From Octopus bimaculoides (taxonomy: Eukaryota), in contig NC_068986.1 in NCBI RefSeq assembly GCF_001194135.2, positions 38,984,524 to 39,048,523 of the forward strand: DNA of 64,000 nt, in the 5' to 3' direction. Below the pieces are notes generated by a model, which saw only the letters and a list, made by a program, of their open reading frames with translations, searched no databases and was not told the DNA's origin. Below are positions 27,311-39,830 of this stretch, piece after piece (within the stretch, counting starts at the first letter, position 1; every line of letters begins with the position of its first letter). Position numbers and translations under genes: made by a program.

Positions 27311-28339
27311 CATACTTGTTCCTGGTAACATTGGAAATCGAAACTGCCGACCAACTTTCTAAAGAATATTTTGGTAGTCACTCGCAAAATAGTGTTGAAT
27401 TATAGCTAATAGTAAAGCACCAGACTAAATACATTAGTTTTTACTTTCCCACGTTGTTCTGCGTTCAAATTCCTCTGGAGTCGATGATGCTTTTCATTCC
27501 TTTAAAGTGAATTACGTTGTCACTTGAATACACAATTCTAAACTATTCTAAAACAATTACAGTTCATTGGTATAGATTGCTATTTAGCCACGTCAACTCT
27601 AAATGAATAGACCTATGATCAAAAGCACTCTAACAATGACCATTCCATCTTAATTTCAGATATAGTGCATCTAGGTCCACATTTTCTAAAGTGACTTCCA
27701 TTTATTTAAAGACAGTAAAACTTACAGGGTAAGATGTAATTTGAAGGTGATTTGGCTGCACTGTCTAGCAGGTTGAGAGACTGTATAGAGGCTCCCTCCT
27801 AAACAATGAGATGAATGCACAGAAAATAAATTATTGAAAAAAGCACTATTAAAAAGCTATATCTCAAGTGGTTGTCCATATCTTTGTAGAAAAAAAATGT
27901 GTAGCCCAGATCTGCTCTGTGACATGCTGAAAGTCAATTGAAAGACTAAGTAGTGCAATCCACAAATCTGTTTTTTCAGGATATGTCCATTCCTCCACCT
28001 TACTGAAGAGCTGTGGTTATTTACATGGTTTCAAATTTTGGCACAAGGCCAGCAATTTTAAAGAGAGGGGAGTAGATTTATTACATCAATTTCAGTGTCC
28101 TTATTTTATCAACCCTGAAAGGATGACAGGAAAAATCAGAATCTGAACTCAAAATGTAAACAGCTGGGAAAAATATTGCTAGGCATTTTGCTCAACTTGC
28201 TAACTTTCTATCAACTCACTGCTTTAGAATTGTGGTTAATTGTATAGAGTGCAGAGGGACAGTTTGAATACTAGGGGAAAAAATGTTTCAGAACTTGGAA
28301 AACAAGTACCAGACTTAAAGAAAGCTGAGCTCTTTCATT

Positions 28340-28650
28340 TCAGAAATAAATATAAATAAATGGAATTGCAACTGTAACATCCTACATATATTTTTATTTT
28401 TATTCTCTTATTTCCCTTTATACTTCCTACATCCATCCTTTTCCAAAATAACTCCTTATATTGAACTCTACTATTTATTTCCCTCTAGTTAACTCTCTCG
28501 TATCATCTCTGATGAAGGGATATCCATAATAGCCCAGAAACAGCTGTAAGACTACCTTTCTCTTTATAAATGTCCTATAAATTCCATGCAAACTTGACTT
28601 TGTTGTCTCATTTTATTTAACATATGAATAAATTACTAAATATGTATTTA
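28340..28650 (+). mobile_element. Penelope-like terminal repeat carrying a minimal type I hammerhead ribozyme core
   Basis: tct-CTGATGA-agggata..tagccca-GAAA-CAGCTG-TA-aga at 28506-28551. Confidence 0.6.
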
Positions 28651-28782
28651 TTATTACATCAAGACAACTATGAAAAGATGTGAAACAGAAAATTATATAG
28701 GTGCAGGCATGGTTATGTGGTTAGAAGTTTGCTTCCCAACAACTTGGTTTTGAGTTCAGTCCCACTGTGTGATATCTTAGGC

Positions 28783-28975
28783 CAGTGGTTCCCAACCTAG
28801 GGTCTGCAGACCCCTGGTGATCTGCAAAGGTAGTACCGGGTGTCTGTGAACTAAATTCAAAATTTCATACATATATAATATATCTATATATATATACACA
28901 TACACACATAAGGATAAGCATATTAAAAGAGTTCTGTGGGAAAATTCATTTAAATAAAAGGGTTGGGAACCTCTG
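28783..28975. mobile_element. hAT (Charlie-like) MITE inserted into a SINE
   Basis: TIRs CAGTGGTTCCCAACC and GGTTGGGAACCTCTG; 8-bp TSD tcttaggc / ccttaggc. The host SINE spans about 28700-29300. Confidence 0.85.
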
Positions 28976-30229
28976 CCTTAGGCAATCGTTTTCTACTATA
29001 GCCTTAAATCGACTAAAGCCTTGTGAGTGGATTTAGTAGATAGAAACTGGAAGAAGCCCATTATATAAATATATATATATATGTGCATGTTTGTGTTGGT
29101 CCCCACTTACCATTTGACAACTAGTGTTGGTTTTTTTATATCTCCATAACTTAACAGTTCTGCAGAAAATGATCAACAGAAGAAGTAACAGGCTTAGAGG
29201 AAGAAAAGAATTGGGTGGGGGGTGGGGGGTCAATATGTTCAGTTTAAACTTTTCAAGGCAGTGCCCCAGCATGGCCACAGTATAATGACTGAAACAAGTA
29301 TATGATAATGATAAAGATTTCCTTTAAAGTTTAGGTTAGGTTAAAGTTTTAGATAAAAATGCTTTGTGATTAATTAGTGATGAAAATATAAATAAATACT
29401 TGTTAACAGTTGTGTTACAGTTGAGATGAGTAAAGCCAATTAAATTGATTCAATGTCCCTTGAGAGAATGTCCCAACACATTTTTGCCACATTCTCTCTC
29501 ACTATTGCTCTCTTTATCTTAGTGACTCACCCACTCTCTTTATCTTACTCTTTAACCCACCCTCCTTTCTTTTTTCAACTGGAGTATTCATGTATCTACT
29601 CTACAGCAAGACACCTGTCACTGTCCATCTATACCCCTCATCTCTCATCAACTGGCACAAAGCTGCCCCCACTCACTACTACTCCCCCTCCTAGCTGAGG
29701 TTTGTCTTGCAAGTTACTTGGTAACCATATCGGTACTGGTGCCTTGTAAAATGCACCAGTGTAGGTTCCACATAAAAAGCACCAGTGCTGGTGCCAACCA
29801 CTTTGCAGTACACTCTGTAAAGTGGTTGGCATTAGGAAGGGCATCCAGCTGTAGAAACCATACCATAACAGATAATGGAGCCTGGTGTAGCTCTTGGTCT
29901 TACCAGCTCTTGTCAAACTGTCTAACCCATGCCAGCACAGAAAGTGGATGTTAAATGACGACGATGATATAACCAGTGATTATTTTATTGTTTGCAAAGG
30001 GATAAAAGGAAAATATATTGGTAGCAGGATTCAAATATATGAGCTAGATAGATCAAACTAAACATATAATAGTTCAAGGTTCTTGTGATACTGTCAACTT
30101 TATCTGTTTTTGTCGATACTAAAATTACAAGAGATCATTTAGTGGGAACAATATGAATACATCACATATAACAACGAGGGAAATGTTTTGTAAAACCTTA
30201 AATGAGAATCATTAATTTTTAATATAAAC

Positions 30230-30749
30230 CCTACTTCTATAATGATAAAAGCAAAATTCTGTCTGTCCATCTGGGACCCTGTTTCTCAGTCTACATTTGC
30301 ACTACATAGACATATCATATCTTTTTGGAATTAGGTTGATCCTGGGATTGAAAATCTGCCCTTCATTTGGTTCTTGAACATCCAGCATTGGGATCTGTTT
30401 TAAAAACATTTGAGTTGCTATTTCTAGCAGGTAAAGCTTGGTTGATTCTTGGTTGGCATTTGTCAGATGACATCAGAGATCAAGGAGGATATAAATAACA
30501 TTTGCTTCATTAATTTTATGTTGAGATAAGAACTTTGGGACAAATTGGCCAACAGTTGGAATTCAACTTGGGATTGGAACAATAGAATGATTGCATTACA
30601 GAATTAATTCTCCTCAGTCCATCACCTCTGATCAAACACTACTGGAGCATATAGTCATTATGAATATATTATAGTCATGCTATTTAGTACCTTTTAGTTT
30701 TGGGTCACAGGCCCTAATTAACCCTTCGCAGGAGCTGATTTTAAGCTAG
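30230..30749 (+). mobile_element. Possible older non-autonomous Helitron
   Basis: 5' ctacttctataatgataaaagcaaaattctgtctgt resembles the 5' end of the element at 62417. The 3' end is aagCTAG-t preceded by a weak GC-rich stretch. Confidence 0.35.
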
Positions 30750-33494
30750 TTTATATTAAATAACATTTAGCAATCTTAACATGTGATTCAGACTGTTAGC
30801 TAGATCTGGCTTAGTAATCTTTAAGCTAGCCCTCAGCTCAATTTATATTAAAAAAAAATTCTAATTTGAAAATATTCTGTAAAATATATATTGCTAAAGT
30901 GCATTCTGAGTTGGAACCTGTCCAGAGTTGTGATTAACAGTGGTTCTGATTAGTCAAGTCTGTACCCCTGAATAAAATTTTTTATCTCATCCAATGAAAC
31001 AGAATTTTATGAATCCATATACTAAAAGCTATAGCTTATTTCTCCTTCACTTTGTCTATAAGCAATATAAGCATTGGTTTTCTCAAGAACTATATGCAAT
31101 CATTTACACAATTTCTATATCTTCACTCTTAAGATTCCTACTTAATAGTACTATAGACACTATGTAGGTGAGATTTTTCCTGCACAACTCTGCACAAGCT
31201 TTCCTAACATCTCATATTCTTTTCTATCTTTATTATTAATAACGTCGATATAGAATACATATACATGCATACATTATGTAATCTTTTACATTTATTATCT
31301 GTAACTGGTTTATAGCTAAAAAAAATTGTCTTCTCTATCTAAAAATCACAATTTCTCCATATGCTTCTCCTGGCATAAAAATCTCAGAAAAGACTGAAGC
31401 ATTTTGCTTCTTTAGCTTGGTTTAGTGTACGTAGATCATAACCAGATCAAATTTTACAAATAGCTCAAAAAGAAATAAACAATTCTCACTGTGTGGCATC
31501 AACAATGTTTCTGAAGTTATGAAAGCCAAATTGTGTTCAGCTAAATACAAAGTGATGCAATTTACTCTTTAACATTTTAACTGGCCATATCCAGCCAGAA
31601 TATTCTACCTGTTTTACATTCAAACTGACCAGATCTAGCCTCTCACACCTACAGTGTTATTCCAAAACTAAACAATCGCATCATTGAAATATCAAAGCTA
31701 CACAATAATGCAGGATTAATTCAAAATGATAGGAATAAATAAGCATTTCATTTGGCAGAGTTATCTGAATGCTAAAGGGTTAAATATTCCAAAATGTACT
31801 CAAGAAGACCTGGCCTACACAGCAGAAGTGTTAAGGCTGCTCCCCATGGTGGAAAGGTTTGGCCTGCAAGAGTCCCATGCCAGTGCCATGTAAAAGCGCT
31901 TGTGCAGTGCCACATTAAAAGCACCCAGCATACACTGTAAAGTGGTTGGCATTAGAAAGGACACTGAGCTGTAGAAACCAAGCCAAATCAGGCCGGAACC
32001 TGGTACAGCTCTCCAGCTTGCCAGCACCAGTCACATTGTCCAATTCATGCCAACATGGAAAACAGACATCAAAGAATGATGATAATGATGATGATGATTT
32101 ATGCCAATGCTCTGGCTCTTTTTTCTACATGTGACTGTCTGCATCTCTTCATAATAGTTTCATTTGTCTTTAATTACAGTAGTATCAAGCACCACATCTT
32201 AAGATGCTCAAGATGATGCACTAAATTTTCTTGTGATTGCAAATATTCATGAACATACTTCCAATCATTGATTCCAGATTTTCATAAAGACAACTTATTT
32301 GAAAAGCTAGAAACTTGGCAACAAAAGCAAATAAATTTTACTGGTGCTCTCTAAATAAATAAGCCACCTTCTAAGAAAATATTAATTGTTGTTAATTTTC
32401 CAATACATAATTGTGATATTTTTATGTATAAATATATATATTCATATATCATGTGATCAATCAGACTATCAGATGTTGTTACACATTGCTGGTTACGATG
32501 CACTTTGCATTGTTTTAGCCTTCAAACAATGCCACCCTGTTGGCTAAGCAAACAGGCCAACATTCACCCTTGATCAAAAGGGGTACTGGAGCAACATCCC
32601 ACCTGGTCTCGAAATCAAACCCATGATCTGGTGATTGTGAGAGCCATGCCCTAACCCACTAGACTATACACTTTCACACACACACGTTTTCAAACAGTTT
32701 CTGTCTACCAACTTCACTTACAAAGTGTTTGTCAGCTTGGGGTCATAGTAGAAGAGACTTGCCCAAGATGCTGTCCAGTGGTATTGAACCAGCAACTATT
32801 TGGTTGCAAAGTGAGCTTCTTAAACATACAGCTATGCCTGTGTCTCTCATGAAACATTCGCAAAAATCCAGTTGATCTTGAAGATTTAGCAATATAGTCT
32901 TAGAACTGAGATGAGACTCCATAATAGTTTTGTCATATTTGTCCAAATGTAAGATTCTGAAAGCTCATGAACGATGAAAGGAAATATGATTAAGATCAAT
33001 GTTTTACACAATGGGTGCCTGGGAAAAGGGATATTCTATCCCTAGAACGTTTCAAGTGAGGGGATGTACAGCAAAACTGTTTTTTGAAATAAAACACCTG
33101 TGATTCAGACAGCTAGGGTAGGCTACACACTGAGAATGAGCTGGGACAGGATACCAAAGATACCCTGCAGACTTAGTCCTCAATAGAGATTTCAGGATGA
33201 ATGTTCAAATCATTTGAGCACTAACAGGTGTTTTCTATATTGAGCATCTGCATCTCATCTCTTAACTCTATCTCTGTCTGTCTGTCTATCTCTCTCTCTC
33301 TCTCTATATATATAGATATAGATTCTTTTATACTTTTACTTACTTCAGTCATTTTTTACTGTGGCTATGCTGGAGCACTGCCTTAAAGAATTTTAGTCAA
33401 AACAATCGACCCCAGGACTTATTCTTGAAAAGCCTAGTACCTATTATATAGGTCTCTTTTGCTGAAATGCTGAGTTATGGGGACGTAAACACAC

Positions 33495-33710
33495 TGACAT
33501 CGGGCACTATTGACAAGCCTTTCTTGTCACATACCTTTTCAGATCAAATCACCCGTCTGAAACCTTACAAACCATTTTGAACTGGTTCTTTCATTTAAGC
33601 AATGTTTCCCATAAACACCATGGATATTTCGAATTGCTTCTGCTGCATCATTGCCTTTTTGTGAACTTATAGAGTGTTATATGCCTCAAATTCTCCAAGG
33701 TCATATCCAT
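33495..33710 (-). mobile_element. Mariner transposase N-terminal (HTH) fragment
   Basis: Minus strand reads MDMTLENLRHITLYK.KGNDAAEAIRNIHGVYGKHCLNERTSSKWFVRFQTGD, with one frameshift. Confidence 0.75.
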
Positions 33711-34835
33711 CTTTGAGAGTGGGGGTCAAGAAGTAATTGAATCAGTTTATTATTATGACAAATGCACAAGGCCATGGTAATATCTACTGCTGCCTTTCAG
33801 GTATTTTAAAGTAACAAAGCAATCCAACTTACTATAAAATTTTAAACATTACTTATGAGATGACCTCATACAAAATAGTACCTCCTGATATTTTAAAATG
33901 TTTAAGTGAAAAATAGTAAAATTCCAAGGAAACATTGTATGCATTATAAAAAGCAATCTGAAAACGTTGTACTTAGGCACATAGTGCTTTTTATTCTGAA
34001 TAAAGAACTAAAGATGAACTTTTGTTTTTGTTTGTTTTTACTAATCCAATATTTTGCAGAAACTAATTTCACGTGAGTTTTATTTCCATTTCCCCTCAAT
34101 AATTGACAAAATTCCAGAGCAGCCAACAGTAATGAGCTTGTAAATGACAAGCTCAAATATGCTACTTCATTAATAAAAAAATAATTCATTAGAGGTAATA
34201 TTCGTTACGTCCGTCTCCAGTCAAAGGCCTATCATACACACTGGCAAGCAGAATGAAATGTATTTTTGATTACTTTTTCTCAAGAAAACCACTGATTAAA
34301 GAGGAAGAAAAACAAAACTGTAAAATGAAGTCAACTATTTGTTTTATCGAAATCGGTCTATTTACAAGACTGAATCATCTGTAGACAATTAAATATTTTA
34401 TTGGAAAAGCACAAAAGCCTTCCCTATTAATCTGTAATGATAAAAATAAAAAAAAGGTGAACGGAAATAGTCACAGAAAAATGTCATAAATTTCGCTCGG
34501 AAAATGTCACGGGAAAAATGTCACATTTCATTTAAATTCAAAAAGTAATAAAGTAATTAAATACTATTTTAAATCGCTTATTAACTGATAATACATGATA
34601 TATACACAATGACAAAGCAATTTATATAATGACATTACACATACACGAAAAGAAAAAGCTTCAACAATATTTTATTAAAGTTTTGTGTGTGTGTGTGCTT
34701 AAACTTTTCTCATTAAAGAAATCATGGTATTTTATAATAAATGGAGCGCAATAATCGAATTGACAAAAGCCCGTGTTGTTTCTTGTATAATTTAATAATT
34801 CTTATACATTATAGTTATGTAGGGACTGATAAATA

Positions 34836-35055
34836 GTACATTATTTACATTTGACGGATATTTGTCCTCATCTTGTTTGTTGTTAACGTTTCGGCTGATA
34901 TATCTTCCAGCTTTCAAGTGTCTTGGGGAAATTTCGAACCTGGGTTCTTATTCTTAAAGTATTTTTCAATGTTATTATTATTATTCAGGTCACAGCCTGG
35001 AATCGAACTCGGAATTTTAGGATTAGTAGCCCGCGTTCTTAACCACTACGCCATA
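34836..35055 (-). mobile_element. tRNA-headed SINE with a Penelope-like tail
   Basis: A box tggcgtagtgg and B box gagttcgattcc, then (TAA)n, then ccaagacacttgaaagctggaagatatatcagccgaaacgtt. Confidence 0.7.
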
Positions 35056-35807
35056 TGATAAATAATACTCGTGATTATATTTCTCAGTGGATCTGTTCAG
35101 TTACTGCTTCAGTTGCTTTAAGAAAATCCTGAATATCAGAACATTTTCTTCTCTCATAAACTCTATAATGTCAACTTAGATTGTATTTTACTTTTCATAG
35201 CAAATGCTTGACGAGTGACTTGAACTAAGATCGTGTATTGAAACGGAAACAATTACGTCGTGGAAGAATTGTGATAATAGCTTAAAATCCTACTTATATC
35301 ATTATATTCACTATATTTTATTTCTTAATAGTATTGTATAGTTTTGGACACTTTCGAATATACAATACTATAAAAAAAATTGGCAGTTGGATTAGCAGAA
35401 TCGTTAGGTCGACTCACATTCTTATAATACATCCTAGATGTAAGTGGAATTGTAATAGAAACATAATAGTACACAAGTGAATGCCATCAATTTAGAATTC
35501 CAATTCACTCTATACCCGAAGATCAAATTCACTATTTTTGTACTGAGTTAAATCTAAAGACTTTTTCTTTTACTGTTATTGTTAGTTGGATATCTCAGTT
35601 GGTCGAGCCTGAAGACATCTAACCCTATGACCCTCTCGGGGGACAGGGGTCCAAGAAAGTGGATGGATGGATTAATAAAGATAACGCAAGACAGGAAGAG
35701 GTTACTCCAACAAGAAGAAAGCAGGAAGACTTTTAAATGGAGTTATCGTTCTTCAAACTTGACGTTGAGGCAGCGTGGAGAGGAAGTTCATTAATAACAA
35801 TATAAAC

Positions 35808-35854
35808 ATGGAAAACAAGGATTTCCAAGCATCTGAACTCGGTACTAAAGAATA
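35808..35854 (+). CDS. EEF1AKMT2: EEF1A lysine methyltransferase 2 (METTL10/Efm4 family), coding exon 1 (MENKDFQASELGTKEY)
   Basis: aaacATGg start with an in-frame TGA upstream at 35766; 47 nt ending TA|gtaagt. Contains the family's S-x-LGT-x-x-Y/H-W motif. Phase joins the exon at 59307. Confidence 0.88.
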
Positions 35855-37945
35855 GTAAGTATATCCACTTATCTAACGATTTAATTCATCCCAGTTTCGC
35901 TTAATTGCATTCAATATATAGAAAATAACAAATCATAAACATAGACTGCAACTGAAAAGTATTTTATCAAAATTTAGTTTTGCTTTTCTTTAAATACTTT
36001 TGTCTTTTTGACAAAAGAAAAAAAAATCCACCAGAACAAGCACACAAACAAAAACTAATTGAAATCAAGTCATAATGTCACAGATAAGTGTATAAACCAA
36101 TTTCTATATTTAAAACAATACATTATAGCATAGTCTATCTATAATGTATGATGCACCTGTAGAACCTTCGCAAAAAATCTTTTAATGAATATAAAGTATA
36201 AAACGTGGGTTGTTGTTGGAAACAATTCGTTTTGGAATTCCATTTGATGGAAACAGGAATTCCAGTGCAGCTAATAAAATTTTGAGATGTTTCGTTTATA
36301 ATAACTTACAGCGATTTTCTACAAGTTATGGCAGACCGTTGAAAGCTACATGCAGTTCCTCCCACACAGTATAGTAGTCTGTTCAGATGATTCATGTTGT
36401 TTAACCGCAGGTCAGCCCTGGTCGAGCAGACTATAGATTAAAGGCATTCCAGTCGTCACCATCCCATCTTTTTCGTAAATGTAAGGAACCAAGAACCACA
36501 TTATGGAACGCATCTTTTTGTAAAATGATAGGGTGTAAATTTAAGGGCGATATGGCTGCTATTTCTAGCTGCTCAAGTGACTACGTAAAGGTTCTTTTGA
36601 TGCGAGACCACCATACTTTTTTTTCATTTTATTTTCATTCAAACATGACTTCAGGATAATGCGAAAAGTGAGAACCATACCTGATCCCCCCCCCNNNNNN
36701 NNNNNNNNNNNNNNNNNNNNNNNNNNNNNNNNNNNNNNNNNNNNNNNNNNNNNNNNNNNNNNNNNNNNNNNNNNNNNNNNNNNNNNNNNNNNNNNNNNNN
36801 NNNNNNNNNNNNNNNNNNNNNNNNNNNNNNNNNNNNNNNNNNNNNNNNNNNNTTTTATTTGCTAATTTGCAGTGTCTCTGTTGTTCGGAATATTTTACTT
36901 ACAACTTATATAAGGTCACCGCTTTAGAAATTACAAAATTGACATATTCATTAATCAGTACCAGACTAACCGAGTAGCACGAGCCCCGCGTTTTTCAGAT
37001 CAAATGCTTTATTATTTAAGTATGGATAGTGCCTTCAATTTTATGAACAAGGTATTTGAGGTTGCCTCAATATATTTTATGGTCTCGATCCAGCGATTTT
37101 ACACTCACATCATTACTGTAGTACTATCCTGTATTAAACAAATTACAAGACTCAAGTTGAATGGCAATATTTGGATGCTAATTAATAGACTTACCGTTCT
37201 ATTTCGCAGTATTATACACATCACTTAATAATTTAATTAAAGTATCATTTCCTCATCATTAAGATCAATTGAACAAATCAGATTATTATTTAACAGATAC
37301 CGTGATGCTAACCAATCCTATAAAATCTAGTCGAGATTTTTAAACCGGTAAGAAAAACATTTCATTTAACCATATGCCGTTAGGCAAAACGGTAAATGTT
37401 TACAAACCGGCAAAACTATAGAACAAATAACAAATTTACATAAATAACGACACAGTTTCAGCGTAAGACCACAAAAACAATATTTCGGTATTAGTATATG
37501 ACATCAGTCATGAGTGTGTCAATGTTTGTTCGGCTCTGTCGAACAGATAAAACACGGTTTCACACATTCACTCATGACGTCATAGACTTTTACCGAAAGA
37601 TTTCCTAAAACCTTATATATTGTATTAGGGAATAATATTTAACTTGTGCATTCTAGTTGTATAAATAACAAGTATGAGTGAATTGGCGTAACAGCATATA
37701 ACGGTACTGTGTACTTTTAAGGTCCCGATATGAGTCGGGGGAGATAATCAAAACAGAATCAGACGAGTAAGTGTTGTCCCATTCTTAACCCATAAATATT
37801 GAATCTTAATTGTTTTACTGATAGATTTGAACCATAATACCTATTTAGACAAATTATGTTCTTCTGATCTTCATGAGGATCTCCAATTTTAGCCATCTAC
37901 AACATTAGCAACTTTTATTTTATTGTCTTGTGGCGGTGTACTTTG

Positions 37946-38739
37946 GGAAAGACTTCCTTTTGTACCCCACCATAAAACTTTTTTTTTTTAAATATTACAC
38001 ATAGTGGAAAATTAATTTCCTATCATGTCTTATAACAATAATGATGAGAAAGTCATAAAAATGAAGAATTACTATTCTTTTACTCTTTTACTTGTTGCAG
38101 TCATTTGACTGCGGCCTTGCTGGGGTACTGCCTTTAGTCGAGCAAATCGACCCCAGGATTTATTCTTTCTAAGCCTAGTACTTATTCTATCAGTCTCTTT
38201 TGCCGAACCGCTATGTTACGGGGACGTAAACACACCAGCATCGGTTATCAAGCGATGTTGGGGGGACAAACATACACACACATATACATATATATACATA
38301 TATACGACGGGCTTCTTTCAGTTTCCATCTACCAAATCCACTCACAAGGCTTTGGTCGGCCCGAGGCTATAGTAGAAGACACTTGTCCAAGGTGCCATGC
38401 AGTGGGACTGAACCCGGAACCATGTGGTTAGTAAGCAAGCTATTTACCACACAGCCACTCCTACGCCTATTAAAAAACTATTAAAAAACTTAATTTCTGT
38501 ATTATGTATATTCATGTCCCAAGGTTAGGCAAATTTCATAATTAGGCAATTTAGGCCTTAACATTAGGCAAATTGAGACAGGAATATACATAATACAGAA
38601 ATGAAGTTTTTTAATAGAAATTCTTAATTTTTATGACTTTCTCATCTTTATTATAAGACATAGTAGGAAACCAATTTTCCACCATGTGTAATATCTTTTA
38701 AAAAAAATTTAGGGTGGGGGTACAAAAGTAAGTCATTCC
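37946..38739. mobile_element. Foldback MITE (~220-bp arms, GG termini, 8-bp TSD) with a SINE inserted in its left arm
   Basis: The arms align as reverse complements once 38077-38466 is removed. Flanks are gtactttg (37938-37945) and atactttg (38740-38747). Confidence 0.85.
38077..38466 (-). mobile_element. tRNA-derived SINE (family A), well preserved
   Basis: Head gagtggctgtgtggtaa...ggttcagtcccactgc, flanked by ctatt. Related copies near 3985-4130, 17655-17790, 19640-19990, 28700-29300, 32620-32830, 42520-42870, 54900-55290 and 59435-59960. Confidence 0.85.
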
Positions 38740-39524
38740 ATACTTTGTAAAATTTATCTTTTACTTATTTCAGTCATTGGACTGCAGCCATGCTGGTGCA
38801 CTGAAGGGGTTTAGTCAAACAAACCGACCCCAGTACTTATTCTTTAAACCATCGTCCTTATTCTATCAGTCTCTAATGTTGAACTGCTAAGTTTTTCAAG
38901 CATTGGTGGGAGACAAAAATACACACACGTGCATGCACGCACATATATATTCATTGGTCCTTCAACTATGCACAGTTGGACCCATAAAATTAATTATGAT
39001 CCGACTCTCCAGTGAAATATATATCAACTGCGACCGTCTTGTGTAGCTCCCATTCTAGTGGAATATATATCAGTTGTCACCATCTTGCATAGCTCCACTT
39101 CATGCTTGGTGATGATCTCTTACATTAGTCCTTCAAGTGGGATTTGAACAAACTTCATTTCGTTAAAGTTTTCTCAACAAAATTTTTTTTAGTGTTCTTT
39201 GTTACAGAAAAGTTTTTCAGAGCAAAATTACAAACTTAATGTTTATTAAATAAGGGTATCTAATTTAGCCACAAGGGCAGCGAGGGTAGTGCTTAGTCAA
39301 TACTATTAATCCCAGTGCTTGACAGGTACTTAATTTCAATTAGGAGGGATGGAAGGCAAAGTTGGCCTGGGCAGGATTTGAAATGAGAATGTAAAAATCG
39401 TAAACAAATTACGCAAAGCAATTTTCACGATACTCTAACAATTCTGCCAATTTGTCAAAACATTATTATATTGCTCTTTCACTTTTTGCTATAAATGTAT
39501 TGTGATTAGTGAAAAGATTTAGTC

Positions 39525-39830
39525 ATCATCATCGTCGTTTAACGTCCGCTTTCCATGCTAGCATGGGTTGGACGAGTTGACTGAGGACTGGTGGACCAGG
39601 AGGCGACACCAGGCTCCAGTCTGATCTGGCAGAGTTTCTACAGCTGGATGCCCTTCCTAACGCCAACCACTCCGAGAGTGTAATGGGTGTTTTACGTGCC
39701 ACCGGCACGAGGACCAGTCAGGCGGTATTGGCGACGGCCATGCTTGAAATGGTGTATTTTATGTGCCACCTGCTCAGAAGCCAGTCCATCGGCACTGGCA
39801 ACGATCTCGCTCGAATGTCGTATTTTTTTC
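39525..39830 (-). mobile_element. SINE/LINE 3' tail family ending tgtc.aacccatgctagcatggaaagcggacgttaaacgatgatg
   Basis: The same tail recurs near 4290-4500, 15940-16140, 29700-29970, 31870-32100, 41810-41990, 54130-54250, 56820-57000 and 63195-63300. Confidence 0.75.

Noticed and set aside
34985-35055. tRNA-like sequence; similar heads at 51573 and 8031
   Set aside because: A and B boxes are present, but there is no acceptor-stem closure and the sequence continues into SINE bodies, so these are not tRNA genes.
35579-35794. 71-aa ORF superficially like a LINE C-terminus (GPRKWMDGL)
   Set aside because: No supporting RT context. It lies immediately upstream of the EEF1AKMT2 ATG and is more simply promoter or 5' UTR.
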